From: an uncultured Verrucomicrobiae bacterium
GTDB lineage: Bacteria > Verrucomicrobiota > Verrucomicrobiia > Chthoniobacterales > UBA10450
DNA length: 64,000 nucleotides
Direction: 5' to 3'
Assembly: GCA_963749935.1 (NCBI GenBank)
Contig: CAVVOH010000003.1
Span: forward strand, 492,153-556,152
Positions 1 to 8,997 of the stretch are shown here, one piece after another. Position 1 is the first letter of the stretch; every line of letters begins with the position of its first letter. A program made the translations under genes and the position numbers. The notes under the pieces are model-generated. The model made no database searches. It saw nothing but the letters and a program-made list of their open reading frames with translations, and was not told the DNA's origin.

Positions 1-1177
1 TGAGATCGATATCCGTGAATTCGCTGATCAGATCCGGCAGCACGAAAGAATCAGGGTCGTCCGGATTAAGAAAGGCGCGGCCCTGCTCGGAGAGGTCGGC
101 TTCGTGCGATTTCTCGTCCATGGTGAAGAAGAGCTCTTCCTTGAGGGCGAACAGCTCTTCCTTGCGGGTATCCTGGAAAAACGAGAGCTCGGCCTTATCG
201 ATCGCCCGGCGCTTGTCAGGATCTTCCATCATGCGGAGGAGCTGTTTGTTGCGCGGCTGGCCGAGTTTGACTTTGAACATCATCCGGCCGCCCTCCTCGG
301 GGTCGCCTTTGTCGAAGGCTTCCTTCGCTTCGCTGGCCAGACGATTGCAGAGCATGTTCTGCTTCTTGACCAACTGATCGACCAACGGCTTCAGCCGATC
401 GTATTGATGAGTCGAGACGGTGGCGGGTCCGCTGATGATGAGCGGTGTGCGCGCTTCGTCGATCAGGATGGAGTCAACCTCATCGACAATCGCGTAGTGG
501 TATCCACGCTGCACCTGCTGATCACGCGTCGTGGCCATGCCATTGTCGCGCAGGTAATCGAACCCGAATTCTGAATTCGTCCCGTAGGTGATATCCATCG
601 CGTACTGCTCGCGGCGGAGGTCGGGCGGTTGATCGTGCTGGATACAGCCACAGGACAAGCCGAGGAAACCGTAAAGCTGGCCCATCCATTCCGCGTCGCG
701 ACGGGCCAGGTAATCGTTCACCGTGACCAGATGTGCGCCGCGCCCAGCGAGAGCGTTCAGGTAGAGCGGCAGAGTCGCGACCAGCGTTTTGCCTTCGCCG
801 GTGGCCATTTCCGCGATCCGGCCGCGGTGGAGAACGATGCCACCGATGAGCTGCACATCGAAGTGCACCATGTTCCAGGTCATCGGCTGATCGCAGACCT
901 GGAAAACTATCTGGCGTTCCGTCAGGCGGCGGGCGGCGTTTTTCACCACCGCAAAAGCCTCGGGGAGAATCTCATCGAGCCGGCGAGCCAGCGCCTCAGG
1001 GTCCTCGATGGTGGAGAGTTCGGCGTTCCAGGTCGCCGTCTTGGCCCGCAGCTCGTCATCCGAGAGTGCCTTGAACTGCTCGTCGAAATCGTTAATCGAG
1101 CGCACGATCGGGTTCAATCGCTTGATCTCGCGCTGATTTTTCGAGCCGAGTATTTTCTTTAAAATCCAACTGACCAT
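1..1177 (-). CDS. secA: Preprotein translocase ATPase SecA, N-terminal ~392 codons; the gene runs off the left edge of the window
   Basis: Own reverse-strand translation from the ATG at complement(1175-1177): [29 protein letters not shown]... Walker [11 protein letters not shown] at complement(~790-825). Missing from the ORF track because no stop lies inside the window. The + strand ORFs 104-574 and 629-1162 are its antisense shadows. Confidence 0.93.
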   Translation of the reverse strand, partial: MVSWILKKILGSKNQREIKRLNPIVRSINDFDEQFKALSDDELRAKTATWNAELSTIEDPEALARRLDEILPEAFAVVKNAARRLTERQIVFQVCDQPMTWNMVHFDVQLIGGIVLHRGRIAEMATGEGKTLVATLPLYLNALAGRGAHLVTVNDYLARRDAEWMGQLYGFLGLSCGCIQHDQPPDLRREQYAMDITYGTNSEFGFDYLRDNGMATTRDQQVQRGYHYAIVDEVDSILIDEARTPLIISGPATVSTHQYDRLKPLVDQLVKKQNMLCNRLASEAKEAFDKGDPEEGGRMMFKVKLGQPRNKQLLRMMEDPDKRRAIDKAELSFFQDTRKEELFALKEELFFTMDEKSHEADLSEQGRAFLNPDDPDSFVLPDLISEFTDIDL

Positions 1178-1270
1178 GAGGGGAGCAATATCAACGAGAA
1201 TCGCGCACGATCAATCGCAGCCGGCTTCGCTTCCATTGTGTCGCCTAATTTTGCAGCTAGACTCGGGACC

Positions 1271-1700
1271 ATGAAAAAAATTGTCTCCACTAGTGACGCC
1301 CCGGCCGCAATTGGTCCGTATTCGCAAGCTATTCGCACCGGCACGATGCTCTTCTGCGCCGGCCAGATTCCGCTCGATCCAAAATCCGGGCAAATGGTCG
1401 ACGGGAGACATTTCCGCGCAGACCAAGCGCGTCCTGGAGAACGTCAGTGGATTGCTCCGGGCCGAGAACCTGAATTTCAGCCACGTGGTCAAGACGACGA
1501 TTTTCCTCACCAGCATGGATGATTTCCAGACCGTGAACGAAATCTATGCCACCTATTTCCGCGAAAATCCGCCGGCCCGCTCGACGGTAGCCGTCTCGGC
1601 TTTGCCGAAAGGCGCAAAGGTCGAGATCGAAGTCATCGCGGTGGCGGGCGAGGAGCCAGCCGGCAAGGGCGGAAAGTCGGTCAGCGACACCTCCGGCTAG
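1271..1700 (+). pseudogene. ridA: RidA/YjgF-family enamine/imine deaminase; frame broken by an apparent extra nucleotide near 1405 (assembly error or pseudogene)
   Basis: [45 protein letters not shown] (frame of ORF 1238-1522) continues as [51 protein letters not shown]...PARSTVAVSALPKGAKVEIEVIAV in the frame of ORF 1281-1700. Confidence 0.85.
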
Positions 1701-1715
1701 GAATCGCGCGCGGTA

Positions 1716-2282
1716 ATGAACGACGACTTGTTGGCTTTGTTCCGCCAAACGGGCGCGCTGCTCGACGGGCACTTTGTCCTGCGTTCCGGCCTGCATAGCC
1801 GCCAATTTTTCCAATGCGCGCTGCTGCTGCAGCACACCGAAATCGCCGCCCAGGTTTGCGGACAGCTCGCCGACAAACTGCGCGACTTCGAGTGCGATGC
1901 GGTCATCTCCCCCGCTCTGGGTGGAATCGTTGTCGGGCAGGAAGTCGGGCGCTCGTTGGGCAAACGTCACATCTTTGCCGAAAAGGAGGCGGGCGGCCTG
2001 GTCCTGCGGCGCGGTTTCCAGATCGCGCCTAACGAGCGCTTCGTCGTCGCCGAGGACGTAGTGACGCGCGGCGGTCGGGTCCAGGAAACGATCGAGATCG
2101 TGCGTCAGCACGGCGGCCAGGTGGTCGGGATCGGCGTGATCGTCGATCGCAGCGGCGGCCAGCGCCCTGATCTTGGCTGCCCTTTCGTTAGTCTGATCGA
2201 GCTACAAGTGGAAACCTTTCCTGCTGACCAAATCCCAGCCGACCTCGTCTCGATCCTGGCTGTTAAACCTGGTAGCAGCTAA
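1716..2282 (+). CDS. pyrE: Orotate phosphoribosyltransferase
   Basis: 188-aa ORF. N-terminus GHFVLRSGLHSRQFFQC and PRPP-binding loop RFVVAEDVVTRGGRVQE are typical of PyrE. Confidence 0.9.
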   Translation: MNDDLLALFRQTGALLDGHFVLRSGLHSRQFFQCALLLQHTEIAAQVCGQLADKLRDFECDAVISPALGGIVVGQEVGRSLGKRHIFAEKEAGGLVLRRGFQIAPNERFVVAEDVVTRGGRVQETIEIVRQHGGQVVGIGVIVDRSGGQRPDLGCPFVSLIELQVETFPADQIPADLVSILAVKPGSS

Positions 2283-2938
2283 CGTCCGGTGCGCGCCCAA
2301 GGCGCGGCATCAATGCACTGTATCAACTCGTCTGAGACCCATCCGTATAGCGAGAGCTTGGACTCGCTGAAGCGAGTCCATCCGGAGGGACATGCTTCCG
2401 CATGTCTAGTTTTTGCCCGGCCGGTCTCGCTTTCGATGATAGGCTGCACTGGGGGCCTGTATCACTTGAAAGGTGAGTAGCGACAATGCCATCTGATGAT
2501 CATACTTTGTAAAGCATGACAGAGGAGAGACCGTCCATGAAATTGGAGGCCACGTGCTCACGTGGTCCATGATACAGGGCACCAGTGCAATGACGAAGTT
2601 ACTGGGGGGCGTTGAATCGGGGTTTATCCTCGTCGCTACCAGGCTGCGCGGTAGTGTTCTTTACTCCCAAAAAAAGACCAGACTTAGGGAGGGATACATC
2701 CTTTCTACATTTCTACCGAAGTGATTTCTCATTCAAAGCACATTTCAGCCTCGTCTTTTGGCCGTAGGAGAAAGTGCATTGCATGCCAGTTATCGCTTCA
2801 CGGGGTTCGGCCGCAGGACGGTAATGGCGCCGGAGAATTTGTGATCATCGCAAAAAAGAAAGGACGTTACCGGCCGGATCCAAATTTAGCTTGTGCCCCC
2901 GCTGATAACGCGGAGAGATTATCGCTATCGCCCTGCAA

Positions 2939-3874
2939 ATGGAAGACCAAGCCGCAATTCACACGAAGATCGCCCAAAAATGGGACGGGGTGGCACGACT
3001 GCGAGGAACAAACTGGTGGCAAACGCCGTTAGTACGACAGCACATCAACCGGCTCGTTGCTAGCCAACCATGCGGCACTGGGATTTCCGCTGGAACTATT
3101 TCATTTTTGAAAGAGCTTGCTAAAGGAAGAGTCTTTCAACGGGCGGTCAGCGTCGGTGCGGGGTCTGGAGTAAAAGAGATGCTCCTTCTTCGCAACGGGC
3201 TTGTGCAAGAGATGGATCTCTTCGAACTCTCCCCCAAGAGAATCGAGGAAGGTCAGAAAAAAGCCGCCGAATTAGGCTTCGCCGAACGCATTCACTTTCA
3301 TTCGACCGATGCTTTCGAAAGCCTGCCGAATGCGTCCGTCGATCTTGTCTACTGGAACAACTCCCTACATCACATGTTTGATGTCGATGCTGCCGTGACC
3401 TGGAGTCACGATGTCCTTCAAACCGGCGGACTGTTCTATATGGATGATTTCGTGGGACCCAACCGCCGTCAGTGGTCGGAAAAGGCTTTGACCATCGGAT
3501 CGCGTATTCGCAGCCTGTTGCCGGAACGTTATCTTAAAGCCCCTCAGGCCCTAAACGCACCTCCTAACAAATCAGTCCTACCGCGCACTCTGGTTCGGGA
3601 AGATCCGGAACGAATCGCCACCGCAGATCCTTCGGAAGCGGTCGACTCGGAACGAATCCTCGCAGCAATCAAACGGGAATTTCCCGAGGCGATCATTCGC
3701 CCCACCGGAGGAGTCGTCTACCACATGACGCTGGTCGGGATGCTACAAAATTTCGACTCGACGGACGACCGCGACATTGCGCTACTGGAGTCCCTCCTCC
3801 TGCTCGATGAGCTTTGCATCGAAGTGCCCGGTCTCGAGACGCACTACTGCGTCGCCGCAGCCTGGAAGACCTGA
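2939..3874 (+). CDS. Class I SAM-dependent methyltransferase
   Basis: 311-aa ORF. Motif I VSVGAGSGVKE, acidic loop MDLFELS, then HFHSTDAF...VDLVYWNNSLHHM...GGLFYMDDF. Convergent with the giant glycosyltransferase frame. Confidence 0.8.
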   Translation: MEDQAAIHTKIAQKWDGVARLRGTNWWQTPLVRQHINRLVASQPCGTGISAGTISFLKELAKGRVFQRAVSVGAGSGVKEMLLLRNGLVQEMDLFELSPKRIEEGQKKAAELGFAERIHFHSTDAFESLPNASVDLVYWNNSLHHMFDVDAAVTWSHDVLQTGGLFYMDDFVGPNRRQWSEKALTIGSRIRSLLPERYLKAPQALNAPPNKSVLPRTLVREDPERIATADPSEAVDSERILAAIKREFPEAIIRPTGGVVYHMTLVGMLQNFDSTDDRDIALLESLLLLDELCIEVPGLETHYCVAAAWKT

Positions 3875-6800
3875 TTCGTCGCTGGCGCAGTCCATATCTG
3901 GTCAGGGCGCCGCAGCCGCGATCTCGCGCGGAGTACCTGACAGACTCCGACGAGACATCCCGCGTCGGCCCTTCTTCCAGAACCGACCGGACAGCTCGCC
4001 GCGTCCAATCCGCCGCAGCGATTCGACAGTAAATTGCCAAAGCCTGACCCAACGTCCGGGCGCCAAAATTACGCATGAAAATCTTCAAGCCATGCGCAGT
4101 GAGACGCGTGGCGGTTGCCACATCCTGGGTAAGGGCCTCGACCTGAGATCTCACTTCCCCAAAATCGTTCCAAGACACGTGTCTGCTAAATCGCGCTGGT
4201 TCTGGATCGAGCCGATCGAAAATCTGATTCGAAAGCACGGGAATCTTCATTGCCAGGGCCATGGGCAGCGCGGAATATCCAGACCTCTCAGACTCACCGC
4301 GCCAAAAGAGATACGCGTCCGCAGGCGGGACCGAGGGGGGGTATGGCAGGGTGGAATTATCCAGCACCTCCTGAAGCGAAAGAACCGTGCTTAGTAGGAC
4401 GACCCGCATTTGGCGCCCAGGGAGCCCTTCGATGTTGCGCCGAATTTCGTGCGCTTCAGCTTCCGTTAGTTCGTAGTCATCCAACCAAAGAGAAAGGTGC
4501 GCGTTTTTCGAACGCTCGGCGAGATCCTGCCTAACGATCCTCTCGTCCCAAACCGGATTAAGACGGAAGCCCCCGCTCTCACCGGGATCCCACGGGCGAA
4601 CGATTTGATAACGTGCTGGCGATGCCTCCCATCTCTCGTTCGCAGCCAAAGTTCGGTTTGCATTGTCTACCACAATTGCAGCTTCGATCCGACCCTGCAG
4701 CTCACGAACCAGCCGCACCGTGAAATCATCGCACCCCATGTAGAGCAAGACGTCTGTCGAAGCCTCTTGCCCCTGGGCTCGGTTTTCATCACCTAACGAA
4801 ACCTCCACTCCGGGAAACATGCCTGCAAACGAGTCGAGGCTGGATCCCCCAAATATTGTCATTCTGAGTTTGCAGTAACGGGCCAGCGCACGAACCATCG
4901 GAGCGAAACTTGGAGTGCGAATGGCCTTCGCATGCACAACCACCTTCACGTTAAGATCTCGCTGCGCCGGCAAAGCCGTACTCAGTTTCGCCTCAGTCGC
5001 ATAAAGGCGGTCGATATTCCCCTTAACGATCAGACGAGGACCACTGCGATGCTCATGGAGGACGGTGAGCTGACCCCAATTCGAGTTCCGACGGTAGACG
5101 ACGAGGAATTGATCCACATAGAGAGGGTCTCCGTAAAAAGAATAGCGAACCACCAGATCCCAATCTTGCAACCGAACAAGGCTTTCCGTGAAGCCTCCCA
5201 GCTCTCGATACAACTCAATTCGGTGCGCGAAGCCGTTCAGATCGACAAAGTTTTTTGAACTCAACCGCTGATAGTCGAATGGCACATCGCGATAAGTCGC
5301 TAATCGATACCTCCCTTTCCCGTCTACCTTGGTATCCAAGTATCGGCAATAGACTGAAAACCTGTCCGGGCGCGCCATTAACTGCCCCACCATCGTCAAG
5401 AGATAATCCGGATGCCAGATATTGTCGGTGTCAAGGTAGGCGATGAAGCGGCCGGAAGCCCTGGCCAGACCCTGATTGCGCGCCGCGGCGGCCCCGCCAT
5501 GGACCAACTTATGAAACTTGATCCGCGAATCTCCCACGGCGGTCACGACTGACTCTGTGTCGTCTTCGCTCCCATCATCGCAAACATGCAACTCCCAGTT
5601 ACGCCAACTCTGAGTTAGCACGCTGCTCATTGCTTCCTGGATGAGTTCCGCGCGATTGTAAGTCGGCATGATAATCGAGACAAGTGGTTCGTCCCTCTCC
5701 CCGGCGGGGGTGCCGTCACAGATGTGAGATTCGCTCGCTCGCAGGGCGGACCAAAAGGTCGCGTCCAGAGTCGCGGCAAGCTCCTCTCGAATGATCCGGT
5801 GGAAAGGCGACTGCCGCTGCGCGTGCCACAAAGTCCGGTCGCGGGCGTCGAACTGGACAATCCACTCCTGCGCGGCAAGGATCGGCCGGAGCCACGCGCG
5901 CCAGGATGAGATCGAGCGAACATGAAACGGAACCCATGCGCCACTTTCATCCTTCAGCTCGAATGCGATCTGGTTTCGGAAGAAAGGCATCCTGGCGGTG
6001 ATCTCAAATCCGCTTTGCAAGGCTTCATTCCTGTCTGGAAAAGCTTTCGCTACATCAAGTCGCTCGAGACCGTAAGTTCCCTCGTAGATGGCACCGCCAT
6101 GCCGAAGACGAACGCCCAAGGCTTTTCCAATGGCCGGGAAGCACCAGCCGCGGATATGAACCTCTGAAACATTGTTCAGCCAGACGGCAGGATGATTGAA
6201 CGAATATCTGACCGTTTTACTCGACCATTTCCCGGTAATATCCAGTTTGATCCGCTCCGGTCGACGCACGGCGGCCGTGCCGCCTTGCGCGCTCCCTCGT
6301 CGTACTTTTGTGGCCTGAGCCGATCCACGGGCGTTCTTGTTCACCAGCCGGGAAATGGTATGGATGATTTGCCGCGCGCGCCGATCGAAGGTGTGTTGGC
6401 CTGAAACCTTGCTGCGCAGCGCTTCCCCTTTGCGCAGCCGCTCGTCATCGTGGAGCAGATAATATTCCACTATCTCCCGCAGTTCAGCCTGCGTCCGATA
6501 AGTCTGCACGCAACCGTCAAACACCTCGTCCATGCCTGCGGCTTGGTCCGAAACGATGAAGGCCCCGCAGGCGCCGGCATCGAAGAGTCGATTGGATAGG
6601 AAGCCGCTCTTGGCCATTGTTTCCCAATGGTCGTTGAAGAGAATCTTGCAGCCACTGTAGTAGTGACGCAAAACGTTATTGTCTATATGCAGCCCCTTAA
6701 GATGATCGGGCTGAAGAAAATCTTCCCAAAGCGACCCATAGACCGCCAATGGTAGGCCGGCTGCAATCGCATCTCTCACAATCGGCCGAAAAACCTTCCT

Positions 6801-7856
6801 TGAGTTCCCCACAAACAAAAGGGGATCGACTTGAAGATCCGTTCGGCGTTCGAAATAAAAAACCTCGGGATCTGTACACTGTAACAACGCACTCACGTTC
6901 GCTCCAAGGCGCACGGCGAGTTCCTGGGCAAAGGAGTGTGAGGCGACAAAAACGTGATCAAAGTCTTCATACTCCCCCGGCGCTACCCGGTCGGGATGAC
7001 TGATATTCCACATTAGATTGAGGTGTCGGGGATTCGGTTTGTATCTATGCCGTCCTCTCAAGGTCAGGGTAACATCGTCTCCTGAATCCGATTCGCGCCC
7101 CCATTCGGGATTCATATCGATCCGGCAGGAATGGCCCAAGCGATTGAACGCCCGTTGCAGGGCGAGCGCAAAATGGTGGTCCCCCCAGGCGGGCGCTTCC
7201 TGCGTGTTCGGTACGCTCGTTTTGATCGAGATAGTAAGGCGGTCCAAATCCGGAGGCTGCGAGGAAGCGTTGTCGCGTTGTGACTGGAGAATCAACGGCG
7301 CATCGGTATCACCACCTTCGCTGGAAATCGAAAAGCTAGCGGGGAATTGAACCGGGAGCGGACTTCTTAGCGAGGTGCTACCTGACGACAAGGCGACCAA
7401 CTCTGCGGCGCTTCGCTTTTGCCGGTCGAGGTCCTTGATCCTTGCCATCAGCTCCTTAGCCCGGTGAGCAAAGGTATGTGCGGCGAGAACCCGGGATTGC
7501 ATTCGCTCCGCCCGAACGCACCGTTCCGCAGGACGGGCTAAGTAATAGCGCACTTTCTCCTGAAAATCAGATTCGCTCTGGTAGGTCACCAAATCCTCAC
7601 CAAAGACCTCCGCGCCGCCATCGATTTGATCGGAAAGAACGAAAGCTCCAGCCGCCGCCGCATCGAAGAGTCGATTGGAAAGGAAGCCACACTCGCGCAT
7701 GGATGGCCAGTGATCGTTCACCAGAATCCTGCATCGACTATAGGTACTGACGCAGCACCGAGTTATCGATGTATTCGCCGCGGATGTAATCGACTGGGAT
7801 AAAGCTTCCCCAATCTTTTCCGTACACGCCAATCGGCATTTCAGCCGCCACGGCAT
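3693..7856 (-). CDS. Giant glycan-synthesis protein, ORF piece 3 of 3: end of the second and the complete third CgeB-like glycosyltransferase module, a GT2 (GT-A) domain, and a ~550-aa C-terminal region of unknown function
   Basis: 1387-aa ORF. Homologous coding begins near 7743, where YSRCRILVNDHWPSMRECGFLSNRLFDAAAAGAFVLSDQ continues ORF 7738-8997 after a 1-nt frame break. Internal paralogous module: YSGCKILFNDHWETMAKSGFLSNRLFDAGACGAFIVSDQ. GT2 signature: VSIIMPTYNRAELIQEAMSSVLTQSW...LHVCDDGSEDDT...YLDTDN. The last ~60 codons (3693-3874) are Arg/Ser-rich and overlap the methyltransferase 3' end, so the true stop is uncertain. Confidence 0.8.
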   Translation of the reverse strand: MPWRLKCRLACTEKIGEALSQSITSAANTSITRCCVSTYSRCRILVNDHWPSMRECGFLSNRLFDAAAAGAFVLSDQIDGGAEVFGEDLVTYQSESDFQEKVRYYLARPAERCVRAERMQSRVLAAHTFAHRAKELMARIKDLDRQKRSAAELVALSSGSTSLRSPLPVQFPASFSISSEGGDTDAPLILQSQRDNASSQPPDLDRLTISIKTSVPNTQEAPAWGDHHFALALQRAFNRLGHSCRIDMNPEWGRESDSGDDVTLTLRGRHRYKPNPRHLNLMWNISHPDRVAPGEYEDFDHVFVASHSFAQELAVRLGANVSALLQCTDPEVFYFERRTDLQVDPLLFVGNSRKVFRPIVRDAIAAGLPLAVYGSLWEDFLQPDHLKGLHIDNNVLRHYYSGCKILFNDHWETMAKSGFLSNRLFDAGACGAFIVSDQAAGMDEVFDGCVQTYRTQAELREIVEYYLLHDDERLRKGEALRSKVSGQHTFDRRARQIIHTISRLVNKNARGSAQATKVRRGSAQGGTAAVRRPERIKLDITGKWSSKTVRYSFNHPAVWLNNVSEVHIRGWCFPAIGKALGVRLRHGGAIYEGTYGLERLDVAKAFPDRNEALQSGFEITARMPFFRNQIAFELKDESGAWVPFHVRSISSWRAWLRPILAAQEWIVQFDARDRTLWHAQRQSPFHRIIREELAATLDATFWSALRASESHICDGTPAGERDEPLVSIIMPTYNRAELIQEAMSSVLTQSWRNWELHVCDDGSEDDTESVVTAVGDSRIKFHKLVHGGAAAARNQGLARASGRFIAYLDTDNIWHPDYLLTMVGQLMARPDRFSVYCRYLDTKVDGKGRYRLATYRDVPFDYQRLSSKNFVDLNGFAHRIELYRELGGFTESLVRLQDWDLVVRYSFYGDPLYVDQFLVVYRRNSNWGQLTVLHEHRSGPRLIVKGNIDRLYATEAKLSTALPAQRDLNVKVVVHAKAIRTPSFAPMVRALARYCKLRMTIFGGSSLDSFAGMFPGVEVSLGDENRAQGQEASTDVLLYMGCDDFTVRLVRELQGRIEAAIVVDNANRTLAANERWEASPARYQIVRPWDPGESGGFRLNPVWDERIVRQDLAERSKNAHLSLWLDDYELTEAEAHEIRRNIEGLPGRQMRVVLLSTVLSLQEVLDNSTLPYPPSVPPADAYLFWRGESERSGYSALPMALAMKIPVLSNQIFDRLDPEPARFSRHVSWNDFGEVRSQVEALTQDVATATRLTAHGLKIFMRNFGARTLGQALAIYCRIAAADWTRRAVRSVLEEGPTRDVSSESVRYSARDRGCGALTRYGLRQRRIRSSRLRRRSSASRDRALRCKAHRAGGGTPVAQCRGRPSSRNFVASRPASCGRRLLRWGE

Positions 7857-8997
7857 AGCGCACAGCCTCCCGATATTGCTTACGGGAGTTACCTACAAAA
7901 AGAATCTCCTCAGACAGCACGTCCGGATTCGGATCGGAAAAAAAGATGCGCGGATCAGTGCATTGCAAGAGGACACTTACAGAAGTTCGGAGACGTTGCG
8001 CGAGGGTCGTAGCATGCGATTCCGATGCGACAAAGACGTGGTCAAACTCGTTATACTCCTCGTCTTCAATCCGGTCCGGATGACTGATATTCCAGATGAG
8101 GTTTACCTGTCCTGGCTGCGGACGATATCGACTCAGTCCGCGCAGACTAATCGCAACGTCATCGCCAAACGACTGCGGCCGATGCCACTCATCAAGACAG
8201 TCGATACGAAACGAGTGGCCAAGGGCGGCCAGGTGTCGGCCGAGGGAACAAGCGAAGTGATAGTCACCCCAATGCTTCATTTCGCTGCGACTGGGCGCGC
8301 CTATCTTGAGGCCGATCCGATACCCCTCCCGCGCGTGAGCGATCAGAATGCGTTTCAAAGTGCGAGCTCGCGCCTGATAAGTGTGATGGGTTAGAACGCG
8401 CTGGCGCAATTGCTCCAGCAGAACCCTTCGGGCCGTCTCATCGCTCAGGTAACGCTCCAAAAGGGATTGGAGCTCCTCCGGAGAACGGTAAGCAGGCAAT
8501 TCGCCTTCGAAAATTTCCGCGGCACCAATAGAATTATTGGTAATGACCAAAGCGCCGGCGACGAGGGCATCAAAGACCCGCGAGTTCACTGAGCCCCAGT
8601 CTTTCGTCACGTGATTCGCGTCGTCGATCACCACTCTGGTAGAGGCATAAACCGTTGGCATCTCCGCGTACAGGTAGAGGGCCTCGCGCGTAACTCCGCA
8701 GCCGAGGATGCGTCTCCCAACCTTTACCGAAGACAGCGAAGTTGTAACTTTCGAGCTGTTGGGGCTGGAGTGCGTGGCCAATTTCGCGATCGAATTGCCA
8801 GTAGTTTCCCGTGAAACAATAGTCCGAATTGAGCCGCGCGTCGGCAAGGCCTGCGCTGAATCGCGCGGGATTGGTTGCCAACGGAAAGATCTGGGCAGGC
8901 TTATGATGCACCTCCCGCAGCCACTGCGCCGACCTGGCTGATGAGCAGAGAAAGAGATCATACTCATCAAAGTCCGGCCGGGCTGCCCAGCGCTCAA
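7738..8997 (-). CDS. Giant glycan-synthesis protein, ORF piece 2 of 3: C-terminal half of the first and most of the second CgeB-like glycosyltransferase module
   Basis: 419-aa ORF. The homologous part starts near 8671 (YAEMPTVYASTRVVIDDANHVTKDWGSVNSRVFDALVAGALVITNN) and continues ...FGKGWETHPRLRSYARGPLP of ORF 8570-11911. The first ~110 codons of the listed ORF are an out-of-frame overlap. It ends VLRQYL*, where paralogous modules continue YYSxC(K/R)IL. Confidence 0.75.
   Translation of the reverse strand: MSAGQPGRTLMSMISFSAHQPGRRSGCGRCIISLPRSFRWQPIPRDSAQALPTRGSIRTIVSRETTGNSIAKLATHSSPNSSKVTTSLSSVKVGRRILGCGVTREALYLYAEMPTVYASTRVVIDDANHVTKDWGSVNSRVFDALVAGALVITNNSIGAAEIFEGELPAYRSPEELQSLLERYLSDETARRVLLEQLRQRVLTHHTYQARARTLKRILIAHAREGYRIGLKIGAPSRSEMKHWGDYHFACSLGRHLAALGHSFRIDCLDEWHRPQSFGDDVAISLRGLSRYRPQPGQVNLIWNISHPDRIEDEEYNEFDHVFVASESHATTLAQRLRTSVSVLLQCTDPRIFFSDPNPDVLSEEILFVGNSRKQYREAVRYAVAAEMPIGVYGKDWGSFIPVDYIRGEYIDNSVLRQYL

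Noticed and set aside
629-1162. 177-aa + strand ORF (also 104-574 and 15-377) over the secA region
   Set aside because: These are antisense shadow ORFs of the clearly recognisable secA reading frame. Their composition (Arg/Ala/Gly-rich) is typical of the wrong strand in GC-rich DNA.
2283-2938. Tested by eye for RNase P RNA, tmRNA, tRNA and group II intron (the region starts GTGCG right after the pyrE stop)
   Set aside because: The conserved cores are absent or in the wrong order: GAGGAAAGTCCGGGC for RNase P, a tRNA-like 3' end with T-loop and tag ORF for tmRNA, and domain V for group II introns. The region is reported only as an unclassified candidate.
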